A DNA stretch of 64,000 nt from Vicugna vicugna (taxonomy: Eukaryota). Within the stretch, counting starts at the first letter, position 1; each line of letters opens with the position of its first letter. The notes beneath the pieces were generated by a model. The model searched no databases. It was not told where the DNA came from and saw nothing but the letters and a program-made list of their open reading frames with translations. Below, piece after piece: positions 50,231-61,522 of this stretch. The position numbers and the translations under genes are program-made. The stretch covers positions 323,202 through 387,201 of the forward strand of contig MU057959.1 of assembly GCA_013265495.1 (NCBI GenBank), given 5' to 3'.

Positions 50231-50614
50231 ATCTTATGTCATCGAAAACGTTTACAAAGGAAGGGGGAAAAAAGGCTCTGAATGGTATACATAATCTTTA
50301 TCTGCAAGGGAAATGGAGAAAGTACACTTAATTTCTGGGTCCGGCAATACCGAGGGACACATCGAAGAGGTTTGAAGTGGATGCTAAGTGTGAGTTTATC
50401 ACCTTCTGCCATCATCACCATCACCAGAGGAACAGAGTCTTTTTTTCCCATTTGGGAAGCTTCCTCACTACCCATTTCTTGAAGAGAACTGGGTTGGGTA
50501 TAGCTGACAATTTGATCAGTGGCTCAGGGAGAAAACTGCACGGTATCTCCTCTGCTTGTCACCTCCCTTATTTTGTGCACATGATTAATACAGAATATGT
50601 ATGATTATCTCTAC

Positions 50615-51052
50615 AATCTATCTGTCTATCTAGCCATCCATCCATCCATTCATCCATCCAGGCATTCATTCATCCACTGGTCTGTTGATCTAGATAGATA
50701 CGTTATAGACAGGTAGGTAGATACAGACAGATAATTGACAGGTAGGTAGACAGATAGATAGGAAGAAAGAAGAATGGATTGTGGGTGGGTGAGTGGATGG
50801 GTGGATGATTGGATAGGTGGATGGATGGATAGACAGATGATAGATAGATAATTGGATGGATGGTTGGATAGGTGGATGGATAGATAGAAGGATAGATGGA
50901 TGGATAGATGGATAGATGGATGGATAGAAAGACGGATGGCTGGATAGATAGATAGATAGACAGAACAGACAGACAGATAGATAGTTGGATGGATGGTTGG
51001 ATGGATGGATGGTTGGATGGATGCATAGATGGATGGACAGATGGATAGACAG
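50615..51052. repeat. (ATCC)n followed by an (AGAT/GGAT)n array
   Basis: Directly visible; orientation switches near 50680-50690. Confidence 0.93.
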
Positions 51053-53394
51053 ACTACAAATAAAATATTCTTTTCTGGAAACTTTTAGCCTTTAGTTGAA
51101 TTAATTAATTATACCTCTCAATTCATGGCTTGATATCACCATCCTTATCCAGTGGAAGCCCCACCTGTCCTGTTTTATTTTGCTCTTTTTTTTTTTTGGC
51201 TTTTCATTTCCATAATGCATTCTCTTTCTTCTCTGTTCATCTTCCCAATTACATCCATTGTGTTGAATTCCATGCATATATTTAAAAATTTCTCTTTGAG
51301 AGAGGACTGTTGACCCCCTGCCAGAAATCCTCTTTCTCTTCCACCTTTGAGTAACATACAGCCTCCACCCTTCAGCTCTCCAGTGAACCCTCACCTCAGT
51401 GGACTCTTCCTATTTCTGCTTTTCCTGAACACCCATTAGCCTTTCAGAGAATCCATTTTCATTTCCTCTGGGATAGTAAGGCATTCAGTATTTAGCTTTT
51501 CGTTCGCTCATTGATAGAGGTTTTAGGTTCTAAGCTTTCTAGACTCAGGAAATTTTTTCTATCAGACCAGGAAGAAAAACAACGGTCAGTGAATTAATTC
51601 TCTTTCTAATTGTTGTGTTTCTACAACAAGCACAGAACTCTGGGAAACTGTGGCGGGGGGGGGGGTGTCATGACAAATGTAATCACCCGGAGGGACCCAT
51701 CTACTGGGAGGGAGATTACTCGTAGGTACCAGGGTTTTGCCGAGCCTGGAGGAGTAATCAGAGGTGTGGACTGTAGGTTATGTGAGCAAGAGAGGAAGAT
51801 TTGCTGTCAGCCCTGAATCTGAGATGGGCGTGGGATTCAACCTTGGCCAACTCTACAAAACATGGAAGCCGATTATCTTGTTAGAAACAACCCCAGTATG
51901 CACCGCGAGGACCACACACTCCTCTGTGTCGCTGCGGCATCCACGGCACGGGTGCCAAGGACGTGCACCCTGAATGAGTACTGTTGGATGGGATGGATCT
52001 GTAGGAAGCACGTGTCTTCAGGAACGAGCATGGGCACTCATAATTAAGCACCGTGCATAGTCTGAATTCTAATGTGAGGAAAACGTGAAGGATCCTGCAC
52101 ACTCACTCTTCTCAAAGCCATTCAGTGATTACGACCCTGAGGAGGCAGTGGGAGGCTCACGGCGGGTGTCAAGGCTGAGTCGGTCTTGGTGTTTGACCAA
52201 CCCAGTGGGGTCCTTCCCTATTAGCTCCCTTGGTTCTTTCCCAGAAGCCATAATCTCTACCCGAATCGTGTTGTGGTTCTCCATCTTGGCTATCAGCTAC
52301 CCAGCATCACTGGCTCTCCTACTCTGACAAATGCTGAAATGTCCTGTGTGCATAGTTGGCTATGATAACCAACCGTGGTGACATCTCATCACCAAGCCTG
52401 CGTTTATCAATGCTACCAGATGCTTTAGTCTACAATTGTTCTCGTCTGCTAGGAACGCCCTCACCAGGTCACCACGCATCAAGTGACTTAAACGACACAC
52501 ATTTACTTCTTACCCCCGTCATACTATAGTCGTAACAGAAATATGAACTGTCCAGGTATCTCTCAGAACATCCCGTAGACCCAATACCCAACCAGCTTTG
52601 TGCTAATAGGCAGGAATTTGGGAGGTGATGGAAGGATGCATGGTCCAGAGATTAGGACACAAATCCTAGGAAGATTCAAATCCATCAGATCTTTATCCTT
52701 GTTATTTTCTTTGTTTGCTTGTTTTTTCCCTACCACCGACTAACCGAGTATGAATTCCAACGAGTGTCAGAAGATGGTTAAAAATTCTCCTCTAAATTAT
52801 TTCCATTGTAAGAGTCTCATTCACTGCAAGAGTCAGTGGACTGAGCAAATAGCGTTTCAAAGTCACCTGCGCTTCCAGTGGTGAATTCTAAAATTAATGG
52901 AAAGAAAAAGTGATCATTTCAGAAGTGAGAGGGGAAGGGAGTAAGGAAAGGTGAGCTCATCGATGGGGGAGCTTGAGGCCAAGCAGATGGAGGATTCAGA
53001 TTCTTTCTCCCCTGGGGAGTCTAAGATATCGGTTGAGTGGTTAAACGAAAATTAAAATCAGACACGGGTATGTTGAGAATAAAGAAATCTCTTTGGCCAG
53101 GAGCTGAGAAAGAAGTCCTGAAAGTGCTTTTCGCAAAAGGTGTTCTGTCTGCACAAACCAACCAAGAAATAGCGGAGGCTTCGAAACAGAAATCATATCT
53201 GGGAAGGGAAAGGTGGCAGTCCCATGGTCTCGAATACATAACCCATGGCAGAGTGGTAGAAACTGGGGGACGTAGGGCGTCCCGTGCTGTGTGGGTGTCA
53301 TGTAAACTGGGCTGTGTTGTAGAGGGACGCTTACCCAAACCCATCATAGGCTCACAGTGTCTTTGAAATGAAGCTGAAGGCCAGACTCCCGCGA

Positions 53395-53930
53395 CACACG
53401 TTTACCGCAATGCAGCCATTCCACTGCGAGTCATCTATGAGAATTTATTTCCACGCTGGAACTAGTCCGGGGTTGTTCATAGCAGCATGATTTGTAATAG
53501 CTGGAAGAAATGGAAACCACCCAAAGGTCCACGGATGGATGAACAGCCCAGCAAGATCTGGTCTGCCCACATCATCACAGAATATTATATGATCATCAAA
53601 AGGGAATGAAGTCGTGATACGGGCAACAACATGGATGAACCTTGAAAACATGAGGCGAAGTGAAAGAAGCCAGTCGCACAGGAGCAGTGTTGGAGGGTTC
53701 CATTTATATAAAATACGAGAATAGGCAAACCTATGGGCAGAAAGTACATGAGTGGTTTCCAGGGCCTGGGAGGCGGAGAGGGGTGAGTTTGTTTGTGGGT
53801 ACCAGATTTCTTTACGGAGTAGTGAAAATGTTCTAAAATTGATTGTCGTGGTGGTCACAGAACTCTGTGAATAAACCAAGCACCATCGAATGGAATATTT
53901 TAAATGCACAATTTGTACGATATGGGAATA
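53395..53930 (+). mobile_element. Old L1 (L1MB-like) 3' end
   Basis: Contains 'tgttcatagcagc...acatggatgaaccttgaaaacatgaggcgaagtgaaagaagccagtc...gtgaaaatgttctaaaattgattgt'. Confidence 0.82.
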
Positions 53931-55935
53931 AGATACATGCTTAATATTTGATTTTAAAGAAAAATTTTAATGTGTATTCTTCCCCCTATCGTGTATTCTG
54001 TCTTTCCCCCCATTCGCCACACCGACAAAGTGTGGAAAGCCCACGATCTCCATAGCAGTGACTTCTGGATAATGCTCGGGTGAAGCAACATTATTTTGTT
54101 TTGACTTGAGAAAAATCAGTTTCCCGTTACAGCTCCTTTAGTCCAGTGTGACCCACGGACAGGCTGTCAGCCTGATATATGTATCCCTGAGCTCTGTGGT
54201 TTTATCCACCAGATTCCTCAATGGGACTGGCGTGCTTTTCTGAAAACATGATTCCAAGTGATTGTTACCGATGAGCTGATTCCACATAGAATATTTCTGT
54301 GGAATACGTTCCGGGGTTTCAGCCTACTCGAACGAGAAAACGGTATAGGGTTTTCCTCTGTCTTGTTTCTCGGTGCCGCCCTTGGGAGACAAGCGCTGTC
54401 AGAGACAAATACTTGATTCATGTGGAAAGAGAAAAAAATCGATGAAATAAAAGGAGACTTTCAGCTCTGTCCAAACACCCCGACTGCAATCACTGAGGGC
54501 TGAGGGTCTTAATCGCAGCTGTTGGGGCCCACGGAGCACGTCCATGGAGGCAGCACACCTCTCCGGCAGGTGCTCCCCCAGGCAGAGGGAGGACGTAGCA
54601 GCAGCCGTGGACGCGGGTCCAGTGCCCTGGACTCTGCTCCGTGACCCTGTCTTCTCGGGAAGCACCAGCAGCCCCACGCCCCAGGGCACCGCCTCCCCCG
54701 TCCGTTCACCCCCGAAGACATGCAACCCCACCCCTCCATCCACGCTCACTCACTGACCCCCTACACACACACACTTCTCCTCTTCCACTAGGTCCTGCGT
54801 GTCCTGACTCCTCTCTCAAGCATCCCCAACTCCCCTGACGTCACCTACACCATCATTTTGCCTTTTTATTTCAAGACCCCTTTTTATTCCACTGCTGTTT
54901 CATTTTCCCACCTATGGGGGAAAATCATAATTTATACCCTTGCTCACAAATGCACACACACACCCATCCATCCATTTGTAACATGAAAGCATCTTTGAAC
55001 TATTAAAATTAGCCCCATTACATCGCGCAAAATAAATCTGTATTCCTCCTGGGATCTACTTGGTATCGTAGAAGTCTTGCATCGTTCCTCATAAATGATT
55101 TCTACCCATAGGTGTGGACTGCATTATGCCCAATTCATAAAATGATGCTTTCAAAGTTTCCCTTCTCTGCACGCAGTCGGAAGTACCACTGGGAGAGTGT
55201 TCCTTTACATAGAATTCCTAGGAGACAACACGTACCCTTGGCCCTTTTTTGTGAGTCTCGTTGATGCCATCTTCAAAAGTTGCATGATGATACTTTACAT
55301 CGCCGTGCTGCCCGCAAATTAGTCCATCGGGGTTGCACCTTTTGAATATATCCTGCGTCAATTAACTTACGCGTTGTCAGGCTTAGCTCCTTCCCGCTTC
55401 CTCCTGTGGTCTGTGTCTGACACCTTCCTTGCTGTGCTGCTTCCACATCTGCGTTTTAATTCCCATGAGCGGTGGCCTGACGCCATCGACCTTCTATGCA
55501 GACACGCATCGGTTACTGCGTTTTTGGTGACGCGTTCCGCCTTGAAAAGTAGAGGCACCCTTGCTGGTTTCAGCAGCCACGTCAGGGAGGTGGCTGCAGC
55601 CGAGGCCTCCGGCTCTGCGTCCGCAGAGGCAGCGGAGGCTGAACGCCGAGCTGCGCGGTCTCCACCTCGCTTGAGAATACTTTACAAGCAGACGATGCAT
55701 TTCCAAAATCGTTTTTTTTTATTTTTTCTGATCGACCTCATTTTTCTCGCCTAAGGCAAAAACAAAACAAAACAAAACAAAACACACCAGTCTTTGCTTA
55801 AGAACATCTGTCTTGTGAGAACTTAGTATTTCCCAGCCGTTTACAAACCTTCTTACTGACAGCAGAGCTGACTCTTCACCTTAGAAATATGGATTTCCTC
55901 TTCAACAAGAGGCCGGTTCTCGCACATTGAGATCA

Positions 55936-56270
55936 TGTCTGTCTGCTGGGGCTGCCCTAATGCAACAGCGCAGACGGGGCGGCTCGCACAACAGACACTG
56001 ACCCCTCGCAGCGCCGGGCCGGACAACAAGGCCCCGGCCCAGCGGGGTGGCTCCCGGCCACCGCTCCCTTCTGCTTGGCAAGTGGCCGCCGCCTCATAGT
56101 GACCTCACGTGGCGGACAGAGAGAGCTCGCTCCCTGCCTCTCTTCTTACAAGGACACTGGCCCCACTGTCAGGACCTCACCTAACCCTGGTCACCTCCCA
56201 GAGGCCCCACCTGCGCACACCACCCCACCGGCACTTAGAGCTTCGGCAGGTACCTTCTTGGAAATCACTG
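55936..56270 (-). mobile_element. MLT1A-like LTR, GC-shifted
   Basis: Contains 'gggctgcc...cagacggggcggctc...acaacagaca...cctcacgtggcggacagagagag...tctcttcttacaaggacact...acctcacctaaccctggtcacctcccagaggcccca'. Confidence 0.7.
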
Positions 56271-57611
56271 AATTCCCTCTCTGAGAGAGACTATAAACAC
56301 TTACGGACCTTTCTACTGTCTTTTTTCTTAAAAACACCTTTTTTGGAATATAACGCCTGCACAGTAAACGACACAGACTTCAGATGTACGACTGGCTGCG
56401 TTTTGACGGATGTGCCCGCCCACGGAGCCACCACCACCATCACCACCGCCACCACTCCCCTCACTCCCCGACAGGTGCAAATCCCGGACTCCCGGTTTGT
56501 CCCTTCCCACCCCGTTGACCCCCTGGTTGCCGTAAGGTTTGTTCTCTATGTCTGGGAGTCTGTTTGTTTCGTTCACTTCAGTTTTCTTAAAGTGAATTTC
56601 AGCACCAGTAAGACTGGCAGGGACGGTCTCCCGCTGGACAAAGGCTTCCAGCGCTGCTCGGAAGGAAGCAGGGCTGACTGCTGGGCGCAAGGAGGGAAGA
56701 GGCCTAAGTTACGTTTGAAGTGCCCTTTCTGGGGGAGGTCTGCTGTAAACAGCAGAAGTGGAGCCCCAGGAAATGGTAAAAGACACAGAGAGGTCATTTT
56801 TTAGAAAAGGCAACCAGTATAAAGGGAGGCCTCCTACACGGCTGGTGGGAGTGTGGTTGGGGGCAGCCACTGTGCACAACAGCGTGGAGGGGCTGTCCCT
56901 GTGGTGGCCTGCGAGGAAGGCTGGGAGAGGGTAAGCTGGGACTTGCACGTTTGCAGACACACACCGCTGTGTATAAAACAGATAAAAAAAAATACATTTT
57001 CTCTGTCTAGCACAGGGAACTGTGCTCAGTGTTTCCTGAGGTTTGGAAGTATCTTTCGGTGACATTTGCAGTTGAATGACAATAGTCTGAGATAAGAAGG
57101 GTTTTCGTCTCTGTTCCTTGCCCCGGGGTCCTTCAAGCATTTCAGGTCCCTCTGGCACAAGCAAAAAGCTGTGCATCGTAATCCCTCATGAGAGGATCGT
57201 GTGCATTTCGTGCATTGCCCCGTGTTTTCTGTCTGACAACCGCTACCGTTTTTTGATCTAACAGATTTTGAATTTCTTTATCGCACGGAGCTTAGAAATA
57301 CACAAGACTGCGCTCCGGGTCCCACTCCGTGACGCTGTTTTTCTGCTCTGGGCTCTGTTGGTCTCAATATTAATTTCATTTTTATAATGTCACTGGTTTT
57401 CTATCCGATTTTGCTGTGTGTGGCGGTGTGTTTCATTCCTTTCTTCATCCACTGTGATGTTCCTTCTCAGATCCTAGTGTGTGCATATTTTACCTCAAAG
57501 AGACCATACTTCATTTGCTTGTATCATCCAAAAAGAGCTGGTGAAATGTTATTTCATATTCTGCCCAAAGTAGACTTTTTTCTTTTGCTTTGTACCAGTT
57601 TGCTTGTTTTA

Positions 57612-57911
57612 TTTCTTCCCTCCTCCCTCCCTCCCTTCCTTCCTCCCTTCCTTCCTTTCTTCCTCCCTCCCTCCCTTCCTTCCTCCTTTCCTCCCTCCCT
57701 TCCTCCCTTCCTGCCTTTCTTCGTCCCTTCTTTCCTCCCTCCCTTCCTCCCTCCCTTCCTCCCTCCCTTCCTCCTTCCCTCTCTTCCTCCCTCCCTTCCT
57801 CCTTCCCTCTCTTCCTCCCTCCCTCCTCTGTCCCTCCCTCCCTTTCCTCCTGCCTCCCTTCCTCCCTTCCTTCCTCCCTCCCTTTCCTCCTTCCTCCCTC
57901 CCTCCCTCCCT
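57612..57911. repeat. Polypyrimidine (CCTT/CCCT)n tract
   Basis: Directly visible; runs into the gap. Confidence 0.95.
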
Positions 57912-58159
57912 NNNNNNNNNNNNNNNNNNNNNNNNNNNNNNNNNNNNNNNNNNNNNNNNNNNNNNNNNNNNNNNNNNNNNNNNNNNNNNNNNNNNNNNNN
58001 NNNNNNNNNNNNNNNNNNNNNNNNNNNNNNNNNNNNNNNNNNNNNNNNNNNNNNNNNNNNNNNNNNNNNNNNNNNNNNNNNNNNNNNNNNNNNNNNNNNN
58101 NNNNNNNNNNNNNNNNNNNNNNNNNNNNNNNNNNNNNNNNNNNNNNNNNNNNNNNNNNN
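57912..58159. other. Assembly gap (248 N)
   Basis: Run of N. Confidence 1.
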
Positions 58160-58730
58160 CTCCCGCGGGGTCCCCCCCGCCCCCGTAATCCCAGCCGCGA
58201 CGCGGTCTCGTTCCCAGACGGCGAGTCTGCGCATCTTGCTCCGCCTCCGCTTCCCTGAGCCTCGGTCGGGGCGCGTCCGGGAGCCCCCCGCGACCCTTCC
58301 GGCCGAGCGCGCGCCGCGGGCGCCTGCGGAGGCGGCGGCCCGGCTGAGCCGGGGGAGGGGCGCCCCGGGGCCGGAGCCAAGGCTCCGCTTGGTGACGCGG
58401 CAAATACTAACCGCCATCAAGTGAGACTTCACGCAACGGCGGCCCGAGTGCAAAACAAAAGGGGGGGGAGGGTGCAAATGAAGAACCAGCGAGCAGAGCG
58501 TTTAGCGTTTGCCCTGGGATGACGGACTGGAGGCTCCCCTGAGAACGTGCCAGGAGCGGATGCTCTTTCGAAGCCGGTCCTCCTGAGACGCGCGGTGGCC
58601 TCCTGCCTCCGCCCCGGCCTCCGGGACAGGCCCGTCCTGCGCAGGATGCGTCGTCCTGGGATGTGAAAACAGCAGCCACTCCAGGCTGCTCACCAGCAGA
58701 GAAGGACTCGAGGGATGTGGGCGGAGCGCA
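58160..58730. promoter_or_regulatory. CpG island, candidate promoter or regulatory element
   Basis: Very high GC and CpG density, especially 58160-58400; GC boxes (CCCGCCCC), TGCGCA, half-CRE GTGACGC and YY1-like CCGCCAT at 58411; no repeat origin recognised. Confidence 0.75.
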
Positions 58731-60241
58731 TCGTCACCAAGGCACCCTGGACCAGACGTGGGACCTTGCGTCCTTCCCTGGGCTCATTCCTCTTCCTCTC
58801 GGGGCTGGAAAACAAAACAGGTCTTTCTGGCTAATAAACAGATGTTATGAATTCAGAGGCACTGCAGATTTGCACGGTGGGAGCGCTGACAACTTTTAAA
58901 GACCTGACCTCTCGCGTGCCCAACTGTGTCCAAGGAGGAATTGCTCCTGGGGGAGCATCGTTACCGGAGCAGAATGTAAAGGACGTGGGCAGGAAGCAGT
59001 GCGGGTGGTCACGCCTTATTTCATGCCGTTGGCAAGCACACAGCCGGGTCCTTCTTGCCTGTCTATCCATCTTGAGATTAGATTTTCAAGGTCAGCGGTG
59101 AGCATCACAGGAAGTAACTGTGCTGCAAATCGCTCCCTCTCTGCCTTCTCCCCTCTTCTCCGGTGTGGCATAGACCCCGCAGAGCCCTTTCAACCAGTCC
59201 TGTTTCACACTGTCTCCATTTTATATGTTGAATGACTTCCGGGGGGAAAAGGTGGCTAAAAGTTACAAACGGATTCCTAACAAAGCAGTAATAAAAGTTC
59301 CACTAAGGAGGGGAGGAGAAACCATATATCGAAGTTAAGGGGCGATCCTGTATTTTAATGAAATAAATAACTGAAAATGGGAATCATTTATTCCTTTTGC
59401 TGAAAAACTATTGCACACTAAAAAAGCACATCTTCTATTTTCTACAATACGCACGCTTGTGCGTTTATTCCGTCCCGGTACTGACTAAATGAATCCAGTG
59501 TGGGTTCTGGCATAGTGCAGGCAGCTGAGAATAATACAAAGAATTTGTCAACCTCGGCCATTCAGTAAGGTCTCGCCTTCTCCCTGCTGAATTTCTCTGA
59601 GGTCGGTCTTACTCTAGGAATAGTTGAGATTTGTCCCTGTTTCCATAACATAATGGAAACCTCCCAGCCGTTTTATTCAAGAGAAAGTTCCAAGGAAAAT
59701 TTCCGTTTCTGTGATGCAAACGGCACGGCGCCGACACTGTGACCTGTGTGTGCGCACGCCCACGTGTCGTGCTGGTGCATCGTGCGTGGTTCCTCATAAA
59801 GATCATCCGGAGGGAAAACTACGAGTCGCTGACGTGGGGAGATGAGCTTCTCGCCCTGGAGGAAGCCACGCAGGTGTAGGAACGTGAGATCGGGGTGGGA
59901 GTGGCTTAAAATTGAAGGTACCTTTGCAAACTGATGACTTGTAAAGTACGCAGAAGCAAGAAAATGCGTGCACGTGTGTGTCTGGGGGTGTGTCTGTGTA
60001 TGAAACCCCAGGCATGTGGATATTCATAGAGACATACGTACATAGTCTGTGTGCATCCACTCAAAGGGCCACGGGAGGAGATATCCAGTAGCCGTGAGCA
60101 ATCCTCGTACCCAGACATCAGCTTCTGCCCTCAGTCCTAAGCAGAGGAACCAGACCCCACAGGTACAGCGGATTTCAGAGCTGGCAGATGTAACATGAGC
60201 CCCAAATACCAAAAAAGTAAGAAAATCCTTAAGGACTTCTC

Positions 60242-60445
60242 AATAAAAAATATATTAAAAAAATAATAAATTTCTTCTGTACAGCACTGGGAACTATATT
60301 TACTATTTTGTAATAACCTTTAATGGAAGAGAATATGAAAACGAATATATGTATGTATGTGCATGACTGGGACACTGTGCTGTGCACCAGAAATGGACAC
60401 ATGGTAACTGAGTGAACTTCAATTTAAAAAAATAAAATAAAAAAG
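60242..60445 (+). mobile_element. Short young L1 3' end
   Basis: Perfect TSD aaggacttctc at 60231-60241 and 60446-60456, preceded by TT (L1 endonuclease-type site). Confidence 0.9.
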
Positions 60446-61404
60446 AAGGACTTCTCGGAAGGACATAAACGCTGTAATTCAGGAGCTCTCGTTCTGGGGA
60501 AAAATGAGCAAAATTTAAAAGAAGTACATTGATAGATTATAAACATTTGAAAAGATAGCAGTGAATGTGCCCATGAGAGTGTGTGTGTGTGTGTGTGTGT
60601 GTGGTGTGTATTCAGATACAATGTGTGTTTGTATAATTACGTTAAAAAGCATGTATATATAAAACATGCCACATTCAGCGTCTGTTTTGGGGCTGCATTT
60701 GTAGCAGGTTCAAGATAGTTAAGATCTGTGTCCTCATGGGTGCCATCCTTCTGGGCTTTGAGTGTAAAAGGCGCACGAAAGTCAGGAAATGGCTGCACAT
60801 GTAATTCCTCGAAGGAATAAATGTTTCCAGGCAGAGGGAGGGAGGGAGGTGACAGGGACCCAGTGAGGTGTAATGTACATAGGTTGGACAGGCAAAGCCT
60901 TTGGGACATAATTCACGTCGAGGACTGAGTCAGGGATGAAGATGGGAGAAGCACTGGAGGGGAGCCTGCAGTCCCGCCAGTCGGAGTCGATGAACAAGGC
61001 TGGTTCCAGAAACACAAAGACGATGCGCCTGGGGTGGCTGGGAGGTACAGAGACCGGGGAAGAGGTGGGATGAAGGAAGGACCAACTGGCAGGTGGCCGA
61101 GGGACCACTGGGACTTCATCATCCAGGAAATGAGAAGCCACTGGGGGATTTTCTGCAGAGACAGCAATGATCGGGTTCCCGTTCTCACCACCACTTCACG
61201 ATTCGAGAGGCAGTTTTTGTTTTTCACGTACGGGGAGTACTGTGTGTTTTACTGGTAGGTCACGGTTTCATTCTTACCCTTAACCATCCATGGAGCAGGT
61301 TCCTCACGGCATCCATGGGTTTGAATTTTCGAGGTAGGAGGCAACGTCAGTTATTTAAAACATATGATGACGGCACATCAGAAATATCCAACCGTTACGT
61401 ATAT

Positions 61405-61522
61405 ATGTTGCATCTTCTTTCTCCATTCACCTACTGACGTGCATGTAGGGTGCTCCCATATCTTGGCGATTATAAAGAATGTTGCTGTTAGAAGCGTGGG
61501 GTGTGTATCTTTTTGAATTAGT
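61405..61522 (-). mobile_element. Small old L1 ORF2 fragment
   Basis: Contains 'catcttctttctccattcacctactgac...catatcttggcgatt...gtatctttttgaattag'. Confidence 0.6.

Noticed and set aside
56109..56804. 231-aa ORF
   Set aside because: Runs through MLT1 and L1 remnants; no coherent protein family.
57387..58477. ORFs of 194-345 aa across the CT tract and CpG island
   Set aside because: They span a 248-N gap and low-complexity or GC-rich sequence that is naturally poor in stop codons.
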